Source of the DNA: Ruditapes philippinarum
Taxonomy: Eukaryota
Direction: 5' to 3'
NCBI RefSeq assembly: GCF_026571515.1
Contig: NW_026854825.1
Span: 62,001-126,000 of the forward strand
DNA: 64,000 nucleotides
Under the pieces are notes generated by a model. That model had not been told where the DNA came from, ran no database searches, and saw only the letters and a program-made list of their open reading frames with translations. The translations under genes and the position numbers were made by a program. Positions 26,514-39,581 of this stretch are shown here, piece after piece (the first letter of the stretch is position 1; the number at the start of each line of letters is the position of its first letter).

Positions 26514-28953
26514 CTGTGACAAACAGTAACGAAATGCATTATGATAATGCATAATGTTAAAATTTAACAGAAATGTTAAATGTCAGCTAAATATTATTAT
26601 ATTCTGGTGTAAAATATTTGAGTTGTTTTTATTGCTTGTAATTAAATAAAAAGATAATTTGAGAATGTCAACACTTGTCAGAGAGAAACCAGTCATAACA
26701 TGAGAAGGCCTTGGAAGAAAAAGATAATTATTACTTTTATTAGTTTAGAGGCAAAGCCAAAATCAGAATCTCATCAATTTCATTTATATTTGTTGCGAAA
26801 TATTTTCGTTAAATATATTGACTTTGGTGTAGATTATCATTTTCATAACAATATGGGCCATATACATTATAATAGATGTATATCTGTAATGATTATAATA
26901 TCAAATATGCTGGTTATATAATAATCATAATAAACATGTACTGCAATATATATTAATAATGTAACTTACAGTTAAAATTGATTCTTTTCGTTGAAATTGT
27001 ACACATGATTATTTGATCTTTTAATTTAGATGAATGCTTTATGGCCTCGCGCCAACGTGGTATCCCTCGGTAAAGAAACGAGGCCATTTTGAAATTAAAT
27101 AAATTTTGAATAAATTTACTCGAAATTAATGATCAGATGATCAACAGACTATCAAAAGAAAAAAAAACTAGCTCTGAAATGATACATTCAACCTGCAAAT
27201 ATCACTGTCGAAAAACATTTTTTGTGAAAGATGGTACCACCTTGAGAGAGTGAGTTACTTTAGTCTAAAGAGAGATTACTCCGAACAGAAAATTTTAAAC
27301 GTAAAGATTACCTGTTGTTATATTTATCTCGAAAGTCATAGTTAATCAAATCTATAAATGAACCAAAAGATTAAAAAGAATAGTCTTTCATATAATCATC
27401 TCAGGTTCAGAATTAATGACTTCAATTCTATGTTAACAATTATAATTGTTGTAGTTTAGATAAAATTATTATATGGTTATAAATGTGTATAAGGTACATA
27501 CCTTTCATAAATCTTTGCAAAGTTGATAACCCATTTACAAACGATATTGATAGCTGTGCCTTGATAAACAATATCCATATGCCGTACTAAAATATCGGAT
27601 TTTTTTTTATTTATTTGACGCTTCAATTTAAGACCATATTTATTTTCAGAGTCGGTTAACCGTTTTGTTAAAGCGACAATATGCACATCTAAGTGTAAAT
27701 GGTCAGTAAACCGGTTCGTATTAAAATAATATGATTGTTTTTCCATAATTATGTTCAATTATCCTTGAGACCAAAAGAAATTTCTATAAATACTGTTCAG
27801 AATGTACCGGTAACGCTCAATTCTAAAACAAATCTAGTAGGGTAGTTCTTTTATAATGCAGATATATAGCCTTTAAAATGTTTTCATTTTCAATTATTGG
27901 TCGATCACCATCATAATAGCCAAAGTTTAAAATTTGTACTACAAATTTAACACAACTTGACGGTGAAAAACTGAGCATTATGTTATTTTTAAAGTTTATT
28001 TCTTAGAGACGGCACACTACAACGACATTCACTTCAATAGCATACTCATAATTAATATGTGAGCATTTCTAAACAGGTTATAATATCTAAACAAATTAAA
28101 GTTATGCCCCAATGCTGACTGTTTGCCCTTGTTTACCCTTCTGCTTATATCAATATCTGAAAGAATGGTAAAAAATATTTATTTTTAACTTAAAATACTT
28201 CTTTATTTGTGAAGTATTATTTTAGGTTGTACTTTTATTTCTTTCCATAAAAACATTCAATTTGAGTACTTTTCTGTAAAGATTAATTCATTTAAATACT
28301 TATATCATGATCAAGGCAAGTGTAGGTAAGCCTAAATTCATTTTTTACATTATTATTTTTGTATCACATTGTCCAGAGTATAGAATGTTGATTGTAATGT
28401 CCATCGACAAAGTTTGCTAAAACCTACGATTATAATCCTGTCAAACAGGCAGAAAATACTAAAAATCACAACGCTTGTCACCCTGACGTACCAAGCAACA
28501 GAAGGCAGTACAAGATTTCGAATTGGCAAAGGTCAAATTTACAAATATATAAGAGACAGTTTTGAAATTGGTGTGGATATTTAAGCTTCTAAATATTCAA
28601 AGTTGCTATATTTCAAATTTCAGTGGCTAGTATTGTGTTTAAGTTATTAAGTAAAATTGATTTGATTGCTGTTTGACCCATTTATTTCAAGAGAGAGAAT
28701 ATATGATTCATGGAGCTAGCTCAGGAATCAGCTTTTCAATGAAGACAAAATAGTGAAAAAAGGGGTGCATATCTCCTCGTTTTGATTTTATTTTCATATT
28801 GGGCATTGTTTAAGAAGGAAAAAATACAATGTAGCATGTGATTGTAGTTATTGACGTTGATGCATTTGTCATATAATTCGCTATTTTTGTCATTAATTTT
28901 CGCGACAAAAACAATGGAAAACATAGGTTTATGTGCCAGAGACATGTATTGTC

Positions 28954-29617
28954 CAACAATGTTGACCTGGCACTTCATTAATTTCCGTAAAGGTCAGGTA
29001 ATAAAAAGTGGTATCTAACGAATATATCGATATCTTTGTTAACTTCACACGTCAATGAGTTGTGGTGTATTGGTATAGATGCCTGACTATTGATCTGAAG
29101 TTCTCTGGTTCGATACCTTACCAACTCTACGTTGTGAGGACATGCATTTTCTTTATTACATTTTCAAATTTACTTGCAAGAATTAATTTCAAATCGTTTT
29201 ACTTCATCTGGTTTTTAGAATACATTTTAAGTAGTGGTTTTTCATACATTTTTTTTTCGTTACATTATCTTTAATTAATAAAAAGGACAGCACGGTCATA
29301 ATACAAATTAAAATACTACACAGATAGAATACACAACCACAAATCAAAACGTTTTACACGAGTTAAGAGAGAAATGGCAATTTTAAATCAGAAAAGAAAA
29401 AATATAAAAGTGGCTGAACCAGGATGATTCAAACCTACGAGTGTACGTTTATATATTCTTGAAGTGAAAGCCCTTAACGACTGTGCTCAGAGGGATTTGT
29501 AATTTAGACCATTTAACAACTGGTTATATATACATTCATATCGATTTACAAATAGTAACGTTTACGGAATTTACCAACTATGGGGTCAAATGCAAGAGTA
29601 CCAGGTCAATGTTGTTG
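28954..29617. mobile_element. MITE-like element with imperfect terminal inverted repeats and two oppositely oriented tRNA-like segments
   Basis: Left CAACAATGTTGACCTGG..ATTTCCGTAAA versus right TTTACGGAAT..CCAGGTCAATGTTGTTG. Internal TGGTGTATTGG...GGTTCGATACC (+, ~29064-29118) and a weaker reverse A/B-box pair at ~29425-29490. Confidence 0.55.
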
Positions 29618-31326
29618 AAAATATTATTAATTGTTCGCTGTGATATATTTAATATGTTTATGTTAATTAAGAAATGCGTTTATTTTAGATGTGTGCTTAC
29701 AGACTTGTTAGGTTTCGATTGTGACGCATTCAATTGTTTGCCGAGGAGCCTTGAAAACTGTGTATTGCCCCCGCATATAACAAAAGAAATTGGTTGATAT
29801 TACCGGATTTTTTCATCGTATCGTCCTTGCTAACTACGACAACTTACAGGCATTTCATTACACTCGAATCGCTTGTTCAAGAGTTATTTTGGAAAGAAGC
29901 CAAAAAAGTTGTATTACCACATAATAAATTTTGTTTTGGTTGATCTGAACTATTTAAGAAAGGGTCACAATTCAATTCACTGTTATGAATGTATCTGTTC
30001 CTCTGCCAATTGTATAGCAAAATTGATTTCTTTTATGATTATGCATGATATCGATTACGGGTAAATGATACGGTTCAGTAATGATTGACAATGAAATACA
30101 AATTTATTATGAAAATACAAATGTAGTACATTATGCTCATTGATTGTCAATAGTATCACTGGTAATATAATATCTTACAATCGATTTAAATGGCAGATAA
30201 TTCTAAAATGTTAACAAAAATTATTATTTTAAACAAATAAGAAAAAACTAAGTATAGAAAACCAAACTTAACATTACAAAGGAATAATAATATATTGCCT
30301 TAAAGTTAAAATCGTATATGTCTCGTGTTACATAAACATAATTATAGATTTTACTGCATTTTATATACATATGACTTTATACCTAAAACTGTTACTACTA
30401 TCACCCTTAAGCACTTTCAATCAAATGAATTCTAGAAAAAAATCACATATTTTTTGTGAAGAGTAGTTGAACCAGTGCCGCAGTCACAGTTGAATTTACA
30501 GCGAGGAGGAACAATTCAAGGGGGTCCGTGGGCATGTATTCCCCACGCGTTTTTTTTTTCTAGAATGTCTCTGGTTTTGATCATTTCTCAAAATAATGTT
30601 CTGTAGAAAAATATTTCATTTGGGCGTTTTTTTTATGCATAAAACGACTGGGCGTCGTCTTTGTCATTTATCTAAAATTATCGGCGCCCATTTTGGTCAT
30701 GTATCATACATAACACAATTGAGTATTCAGCGGCATATTTTCATGCTGTTTGTCCTTACCTTTTGGTCCTCCCAAATTTCTGCGATAGTAAAGCATCCAT
30801 CGGGTGACTACCAAAGCATCTGTCTTTAAAACTATCAACACTTTTTTTAAGCCATCCCTCCCGATCTTGGTCACGACAATCAATCTTTTCATTTTCAGTA
30901 TTTGGGATATTTTCAACGCGACCTGCCGTTTGCCTTCACTGGGACGTGTACGACTCAAGAGGTTGTCGGTTAAGTTCAGAAGTTGTTTATAGAAAAAGTG
31001 GCGCTTTGCTTCAATAATCAAATGATTACAATGCAATGCAAACCTGCTTTTGAGAGTACAACACAGCAACATATTCATGTTGCTAGTTAAGTTTAATTTA
31101 TTACTCACTACTTACAACAGTATTAGGTAAAATTTCTAAATACAATCACACACATACAAATGGATTAATAAAATAAATACGACAGAAACAGTCTTTCATA
31201 CTAACAATTTCCCCGCCATTCGAATAATAATACCCAAGTACCTCAATATCATAGTATTAAGAATGTTCTGATATAAGAGCATTACATATAATACGTCAAT
31301 TGGCAGTAACTAGTGACTTTTGGAAA

Positions 31327-34300
31327 TCAATTTGTTTTAACGTTTGAACGTTTTATCTGTCTGACTCTAAACAAATAATTTAAGTTGTATTCTTTCATCA
31401 TTGATTGCAGACGTTTTATCAGAGATGATGTATCCGGAACCGATTCTTGTAAATGAACTTCAATTACATCATATATTGTTCCTATACCATAAACGCCCTC
31501 AATTCTGCAACAAAAACCAAAGAACATATATTAAATAGCTAAAGCGTATGAGGAACAAGGTAACAATTGAATTTATTTACAGAATAATAAATTTCAAATA
31601 ATATTTCTAAGTTATATTTCGGTATATTGATAATAAACGAACCTACATTTTTAACATGTAAGTCTTTTAATTGATATTGAAATACTTTGAAAAATAAAAT
31701 TTGCCAAGATGCGATTTAAAAATATAAACTATTAAACTTTTTAACCATTGTTGCAAGACAAATATAATTACAATTTTTTAGGACATAACACTTATTTTGC
31801 TTACTTTAGAACACTACGTCGCAAACTGTCAGGAATCCTTATACTTGGTTGTTTCGGTGAAAAATCAAAATGTTCCACGCTAGTTTGTTTCAAATATCCA
31901 TCTATTTCATATTCCATTTTACACATTACAGTTTGAATTCTTTTCATGGAGTTTATTTCCATCTCTGTTGTGGACGATACACTCTCGAAATCCCTTTGTA
32001 AAGACGTCACTATAATTTTCAAACGATTTGATGAGCCAAAGTATCTACTCAAATATTTTAAGTGATGATCATTTACAACTTTATTACATATGCGCTCCAG
32101 GTAACCTATAATAAAGCGTGTTCTATCTGACATTGATTCAACTAGTTTGCTTTCAAATTTATCAACCTTGCAAATTCTTGTACAAAACCAGGTTGGTAAA
32201 GCGTGCTTAAATGCAAAGAAACTTATGAGAGAACATCTGACGTGACGAGCCAAATAATGAGTCAGTGAAGAAGGATTCTCATCACTTTGCTCAATTTGGA
32301 AGTCTAGCAATAAAACAGGATTTTGAAGAATACAAGAAAGAACATTATTCAAAGTCACGAAAGATGCATCCGATATGCTTAAAGTTTGCCTGGTTTGCTT
32401 ATCTTTTTTTACAAAGAACCCAAGAAATATTCGAATTCTGACAAAAGCTTCAATAATCCATTGTTCGTATATATCAGAAACCCGTTGTTTAATGTTCATT
32501 TCTTTTGATGAAATGATGACATTTTCTGATGCTAGTTCGTAGCCAAGCAGCGACTTCATTTTCCGTATAATATTTTCGCGACATTTTGTTATTTCTTTAT
32601 CAGTGGTCTCGAGGTTTACTTTACATGCCAGAATTAGCAAATTCAATGGAAAAGATTCGTAAAATCTAGTAGATTTGAAATGTTTTACTGTCTGTTCTAA
32701 CTCCTGCAAGAAATAGATTAACTGATAAGTTTAACATTGAATGTGAAAGAGAAAGAAACATTTTTATCATAAGACAAATTTATGGATCAAGAAATGATTG
32801 TAAATTTAAAAAATCATTGAAAACGTTTTCAGTGATTAAATATGATAAATACTGATGTTTATTTAATTAAATCAATAAAAAGTAAAGGATATAAAGAATA
32901 TGTTGCAAACAATATTAAACGTTTAAAAAAATCTTTATGTTTTTTTTCCAAATAAATAATTTTAAGCCCTTTTGTACTTTTCATGTTGTCTTTAACCTTT
33001 TCCCTTATATAAGCGTGTTTCGACGGCTTTTTGCCCACCCCCCCCCCCTTTTTGAGGCCTCAAACAGTGAAAAAATGCCCTATTTAGGCCCCAAACACTG
33101 TTTTTCGTTTGAGAAATGTTGTTAAAAAAAGTGACCACTTTTTCGGCGCCGTCCCCCATCCAAATGTTACATCAGGGGGTTGCCAGAAGGGGGATGTGCC
33201 CCCTTCTGTTTGGGGGGTTTGAAGGGGGGGGGCGGAGTCCCCCTCATCGCCAAGAAAATTTTGGACATGTGACAGGCTAAAAATGGCCTCAGGTCGATCT
33301 TAGGGTAACTAGTAACCGACGCTGAAAAGCCTTTTACTCTATCTTAATTCATTGAGAAGTTGCAGCACTTTGAAATCAGTTTTGATGGAAAAAAAACAAT
33401 GCAAAATAGTGATTTTTGGCAATTTTGAGACGTCCCCCCGTTGCCATGGTAACAGGAAATTTACGATTGAGCATGCTGTTACAGAGGCTATGGTCTAGTC
33501 AACATTTGTGCCAAGTTTCATCAGTATTGAAGCATTTTTCATAGTTTCATAGCAGTTTGAACTTGTTACAGGAGGCTTTTCAATGAAAACGGCCATTTTT
33601 CGCAATATGCTCATGGGGTAAAAGGTTAATTAAAAAAGTAAAAAATGTCAAAAAACAACAATTTTTCACCAAAATTAGGTGTTAGGGCACGTGTTAACAT
33701 GGAAAAACTAGTTTTATGGTAATTCCAAGGTTTTTCATCATTTTTTTGTTAATTAAAAAAATAAAAAATGTCAAAAAATAACAATTTTTCACCAAAATTA
33801 GGTGTTAGGGCATGTGTTAACATGGAATAACTAATTTTATGGTAATTCAAAGGTTTTTCATCATTTTTTGTTAACCTTTTCCCTTATATAAGCGTGTTTC
33901 GACGGCTTTTTGCTCCCCCCCCCCCTTTTTTGAGGCCTCAAACAGTGAAAAAATGCCCTATTTAGGCCCAAACACTGTTTTTCGTTTGGTTTGAGAAATG
34001 TTGTTAAAAAAAGTGACCACTTTTTCGGCGCCGTCCCCCATCCAAATGTTACATCAGGGGGTTGCCAGAAGGGGGATGTGCCCCCTTCTGTTTGGGGGGT
34101 TTGAAGGGGGGGCGGAGTCCCCCTCATCGCCAAGAAAATTTTGGACATGTGACAGGCTAAAAATGGCCTCAGGTCGATCTTAGGGTAACTAGTAACCGAC
34201 GCTGAAAAACCTTTTACTCTATCTCAATTCATTGAGAAGTTGCAGCACTTTGAAATCAGTTTTGATGGAAAAAACAATGCAAAATAGTGATTTTGAGCAA

Positions 34301-37300
34301 TTTTGAGACGTCCCCCCGTTGCCATTGTAACAGGAAATTTACGATTGAGCATGCTGTTACAGAGGCTATGGTCTAGTCAACATTTGTGCCAAGTTTCATC
34401 AGCATTGAAGCATTTTTCATAGTTTCATAGCAGTTTGAACTTGTTACAGGAGGCTTTTCAATGAAAAAGGCCATTTTTCGCAATATGCTCATGGGGTAAA
34501 AGGTTAATAAGACTCTAAGCTTTATTTTCAAACAACAAGGACGGCAGACGTAAAACATACACGTTGAAAAATCTTATAGAAAAATGAAATACCTCATAGT
34601 GGTCACCCTCTGCTGACACCAACTCAAAGTAACATACAACAATGCTCGGAGAAGGAGGGCCAGTTTCATCAGTTTTCTTTACTGTTAAAGGTGTTTTCGT
34701 ATTTATCGATATAAACAGTTCATCTTCAAATACATCGCGCTTTCCAATTACGATTATGTTAAAATAATTCTTTTTCTGCAGCACATCGTTCACATGTTTT
34801 GGTACTGACAGAAGATCATCATCATGCACATCATCGGGAAGCTTTCCTGTAGGAAGAAATAGATATTTTGATCCGAAAATCCAACACACAATTACAAAAA
34901 GCACCAAAAAACCCCAAGCAATTATCATAGTATTGCAAGCAATCCATAAGTCCCCTACCGGTTAGAACCCCAGCAACATTCTGATGGGCCATTGGCCATT
35001 CAATTTTACCAGTGAATGAATGACATGAATGAACTTAAATCTTTTGAGTTCTACGTTTCCCTGCCTAGGAAGGAAATTATGTTGATACAAACTTGTCATA
35101 TTATTACGATGTTACAATTTTAAAGTAAATCCTATAAGGAATGAAGAAGTTGGAGTAAAAAATACCAATTTCTCGAAAATAATCTAAGTTCAAGGGGGAC
35201 ATAATTCTGGAAATAGTCTTGCCAGAGTATTTAACCTTCTCAAAACTGTTGAATGATAAAAGGAAAGTTATTTAACATATATATGAAGTTTGAGGTAGAT
35301 ACATTAGCAAATAAAGAAGTTATTTAAAACAGACAACATATTTTTCATAAAAAATCTAAGTTCAAGGGAGGTAATACTGATAATTTTTGTGCTAGAGTTG
35401 TAAACCTTGTCACATATGATGTGGTTGATGACCAGAAACTTATATTTAAAGTTTGAAGTAAACACCTTAAGAAATAAAGAACTTATAGTGAAAAAACTGA
35501 AAAATTTCAATCAGAAATCTTGAAATTCAGGCTATTTGCTGCCATAGCAACCAGAATTTTCAACATAGGAAGAAAAGAAAAAGATGTGCATAATCTCCAG
35601 ACTGCCATCTACCCATATTTCAAGTTTCATAAAAAATATTTTAGTATACATTGAGTTATCACTGGATCCAGTTAATGTGTAAAATTTGCCATATTTTCAG
35701 ACTATTTGTTGCCATAGCAACCAGAATTTTTAACATAGGAAGAAAAAAAGATGTGCATAATCTCCAGACTGCCATCTACCCATATTTCATGTTTCATGAA
35801 AATATTTTTAGTATACTTTGAGTTATCACTGGATCCAGTTTATGTGTTAAATTTGCAATATTTTCAGACTATTTGTTGCCATAGCAACCAGAATTTTCAA
35901 CATAGGAAGAAAAGAAAAAGATGTACATAATCTCCAGACTGCCATCTACCCATATTTCAAGTTTCATAAAAATATTTTTAGTACTTTTGCGTTTTATTGG
36001 ATCCAGTTTATGTGTTAAATTTGTCATATTTTCAGACTATTTGTTGCCATAGCAACCAGAATTTTCAACATAGGAACAAAAGAAAAAGACGTGCATAATC
36101 TCCATACTGCCATCTATTCATATATCATTTAGAGGTAATTAATTAACTTATATCACTGGAAAAATAGCACTGCATATTAAAAAGGTACAATTTATAAACT
36201 GCATATGAATTTCTCGACTTGAAAATTGCTTACTCACCCGATACAAGTTTTGGTTATAAAAATCTAGAACAAAATACGCGGATACATTTTGACGAGTACA
36301 ATACCCTAGCTAGTGCAGACTCCCCTCAGAATTGTATGCTATGATTTATAATCTTACAAACTTTTTGCAAAAGATAAAATAAAGGAATCCTTGTCATAAT
36401 TTAAATTCAAGTTTTTAAAATTCATACAAATTTTACACTAATAATTTGTCATAATCTGATAATAAATTTATTTTTTTCCGCTTATCCCCGGAAATCTATG
36501 TCATGTTCATAAATATTCAAAGGTTATCACAGAAACTCTAGCTATATCTAGGGTACATAAATTGTGAGCTACCAGTTGATATATACCTCGTAAAACTTAA
36601 GTAGCCTTAAATTATACATTCATTGATTTACGTAGACTTAAGAAATATGGTTTATGATCGAGACTGGCATACTGTAAACACTAAGCACTGTGTGTATAGA
36701 TGTATTTTTAAATTTTATAGATGTCGTGCAATCCTTGACGTTCATTATGATTGACCATTCTATTGAAGAACTTCATTGCATTATTTTTGGTGAATATACG
36801 ATGTGATGCAAGTCACTTCATTTTCATATTCGCTATTTGGCGCTTGGATTCGATGTGGTCACAATTTATCAATTTTAAATGACACGATTTTCTTGTATCC
36901 GATTATCTGTTCAGATACAATTATAATTATATGTTTATGCCAGGCAATAAGTTCTTATATGATGTGTGGCGCTTAGATGAGAGTTTGTTTCAAATGACCC
37001 GATATGTTACGATCCGATAATCCGTTCAGATACCATCATATGCTTTTCAGTAGGATTATCCAGGTCGTGTTCACAATTCCTCACGAGCAAACACGATCAT
37101 CGAGTTCACGTGACCCGATTTGAAATGGTCGTATTAAACAGGCAACACTATGATATGTTTATCACGAGATGATGAGTAATGTTGCTAAAGCAACTATCTC
37201 TCTCACAATCAGGATTGAGAACAAGATTTGTGCAACGAGTATTTATATAACCCGACTGACCATTTAAGGTAATTGGACTTTGTAACAGTTTTAGATGTGA

Positions 37301-37918
37301 CATAAACATAGCGTGCGATTCGTTCAAAATTGACACGCTTTGTTATGATACAATCCGATACGATGATCACAACTAAAAATAACGGTCTTGATCGTAAGAT
37401 GATGAGTTTAAACCATTAAAAATCTTTGAAACACACAATAAAGCCAGACAATAATAATGCTAGACAAAATAAAAAAGAAAAAAAAAGATAAAGATTTGAT
37501 AAGATGTCTAAGACAAGTCCGCTACTAGAAGGTTTTAATCGTTGTGCAAATATATAGTGATAGTCAGTTACAATGTTGCCTTACACGCTACACTCCTTTC
37601 CTTTGTATTAGCAGCGTCTTTTTGATATATACCCTCGATTAAGTTTGGTGCCAAAAAAATCCAAAATAAAACCATATCATTGACCCGGCAGTGCGAGTAA
37701 AAACAAAAAAAAACACAAAAAAAAAACAAAAAAAAAAAACAACAACACTGAAACAATTATAAGCATTATTTGTACAACTGTATAATATATAAATACTTAC
37801 CTAAAACGTTACTAAATCTTCTGAAGAAATCTATGAATCTACCGCGGAAGTAATACACACGTGGATATACGTCAAACGTTTCAACGTAATGCGAATACAA
37901 ACTGATTTTAGAACTCAT
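31327..37918 (-). CDS. Array copy 4: protease-less paralog (N-terminal, helical and pro-domain only), 482 aa; complement(join(31327..31504,31805..32703,34593..34846,37801..37918))
   Basis: GT-AG introns; 118+254+899+178=1449 nt, phases 1,0,2. Exon 1 MSSKISLYSHYVETFDVYPRVYYFRGRFID. Last exon IEGVYGIGTIYDVIEVHL...FRVRQIKRSNVKTN* stops before the protease; I see no TCAH or GDSG downstream. It could be a pseudogene, but the upstream frame and splice sites are intact. Confidence 0.8.
32996..33625. mobile_element. piggyBac-like MITE copy A (630 bp, flanked by TTAA), in intron 2 of copy 4
   Basis: TTAA|CCTTTTCCC...GGGGTAAAAGG|TTAA; near-identical to 33875..34503. Confidence 0.8.
33626..33870. repeat. 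Two ~122 bp tandem units between the MITE copies, each starting with TTAA
   Basis: TTAATTAAAAAA..AAAAAATGTCAAAAAA..ACAATTTTTCACCAAAATTAGGTGTTAGGGCA..GGTTTTTCATCATTTTTTG occurs twice. Confidence 0.85.
33875..34503. mobile_element. piggyBac-like MITE copy B (629 bp, flanked by TTAA)
   Basis: TTAA|CCTTTTCCC...GGGGTAAAAGG|TTAA; same orientation as copy A. Confidence 0.8.
35530..36125. repeat. ~168 bp satellite-like tandem array (3.5 units) in intron 1 of copy 4, probably the centre of a HINE element starting near 34929
   Basis: CTATTTGTTGCCATAGCAACCAGAATTTT..CATAGGAAGAAAAG..ATCTCCAGACTGCCATCTACCC near 35532, 35702, 35869 and 36037. Confidence 0.85.
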
Positions 37919-39581
37919 CTGGAAAAGAAACAATTATGAACTAGTTAGTAGCATTTACACCATAACAATAAAACGTTAAAATTTATACATGTCATATTCT
38001 ATCAATGAGGTAATCGCATTGTTAACACCTTTTTTTTGAAATTGTTAATTGTTTAATACAATTGTATATATTTTATCAGTTAAATGAATTATGTCATGAG
38101 AAAAATATTCTACTCTTTAAACTTATCTGACAGTTGTCTCTTTATATTTCCACAAAAATATTATCCTGTGAAATTTAAAGTCGAGTATTAAATTTGACAT
38201 CTGCTGTGATGTAGTCTAAAATATTACTGAACTTGTTTTTGTTTTTAATTCTATTTTTTTGTACTAGTCTTTTTTAATTCGTAATTTCAAAAGTATCTTA
38301 CTGTGATTTATTGTGACTTCTTATCACTAGACTTAAAGTCGTAATTAGATTTTTTTTTCTATGAGATTTTTAATGTTATACTCATGACAATAATTATTTG
38401 ATATTCTTTATTTTACCCCGGTCTCAGAACCGTGGAAACGCAAATATTAGCTGGGGAAATGAGCCGCGTTTTTGATCTCTGTCTGTCCAAGCACTTACTC
38501 GCAATGCGGTGGCATATAGCGGGTATTTCCCATATCCAGGAGCTACAGGGCGGAACCGTGGATGTTAAAGTATATTTAATCCTCTGGGAAAAAGGGTATT
38601 TAAGGTTACAATTGACTGGACTATATTTTATGACTTTCATAAAACTTTAAATCAGTGTTTGACATAATATTTTAATTATTTCTCCTCTCCCTATTTTCTT
38701 TATTTCATTCAGCCCCAGTTTCAGAATAACTTCTCTATTAGTTTAAACATTAAAGGACAATATCTGAACTAAAACACTAACAGCCAAGACTAATCACACG
38801 TTTATAATTTAATTGCATTTTAACATAATAGATGCTATTAGTAACATTCACAACTATCTTTTTTTTTCACAGCACCACTGCTAAAGTCATGGTTCTGTTG
38901 AATTTGTATAACTGCATTTTAGACGCAAATATAGAATCCTGTGGATGGGTGGAGTTGGGGGGGGGGGGATTCAGATATTTGGCTATAAAAATATGCGACG
39001 AAAATATTTTAGATGGAAATAAATTTTATGTTTAAACGGTAAGTGTTACAATATTACCTCTTAAATAGCTTAAAATATACCCTGAATAGCATCATTCGTG
39101 TATAAATGTAAAGTAAAAGTTTCAAGGAGATGATAGCATTTAATAAAACTGCATGTTGTGAATTCTGATATTTTCCGGGTAAATATACTTCTAAACGTGT
39201 ATCTTAGGATAAACCTATCATTCTGAATTTCATTATGTACCATTATATACCATAATATATGCAGGGTCGATATTTCTCTATGGGAGGTCACCCACTCTCT
39301 ATTAAGGAAAAAAGCTTAGTTTTTTCTATTTTACTATTTTATTTTCATTTTAAACTTAAGCACACACTGTCAAAATTTTATGTATCTGTCCCTTCCAAGA
39401 GCTCCTGCAATTAACCTGGAAAGTTGCCATATTTGGAGCCTTTATAGTATGGGTCTAGTTGAACCCAGTACCACCCCCAAAACCCACAGTCATCCAGCCC
39501 ACCAAAAGGGGGTTGGGTGGATAACAGAGCTTAATAATTGAAAAATACATGTCAAGGACATCACAGCAAATTTAAGAACAA

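Noticed and set aside
30704-31108. 134-aa minus-strand ORF just downstream of copy 4 as its missing protease exon
   Set aside because: No GTLG, TCAH, DIAA, KYGA or GDSG motifs and no similarity to paralog last exons.
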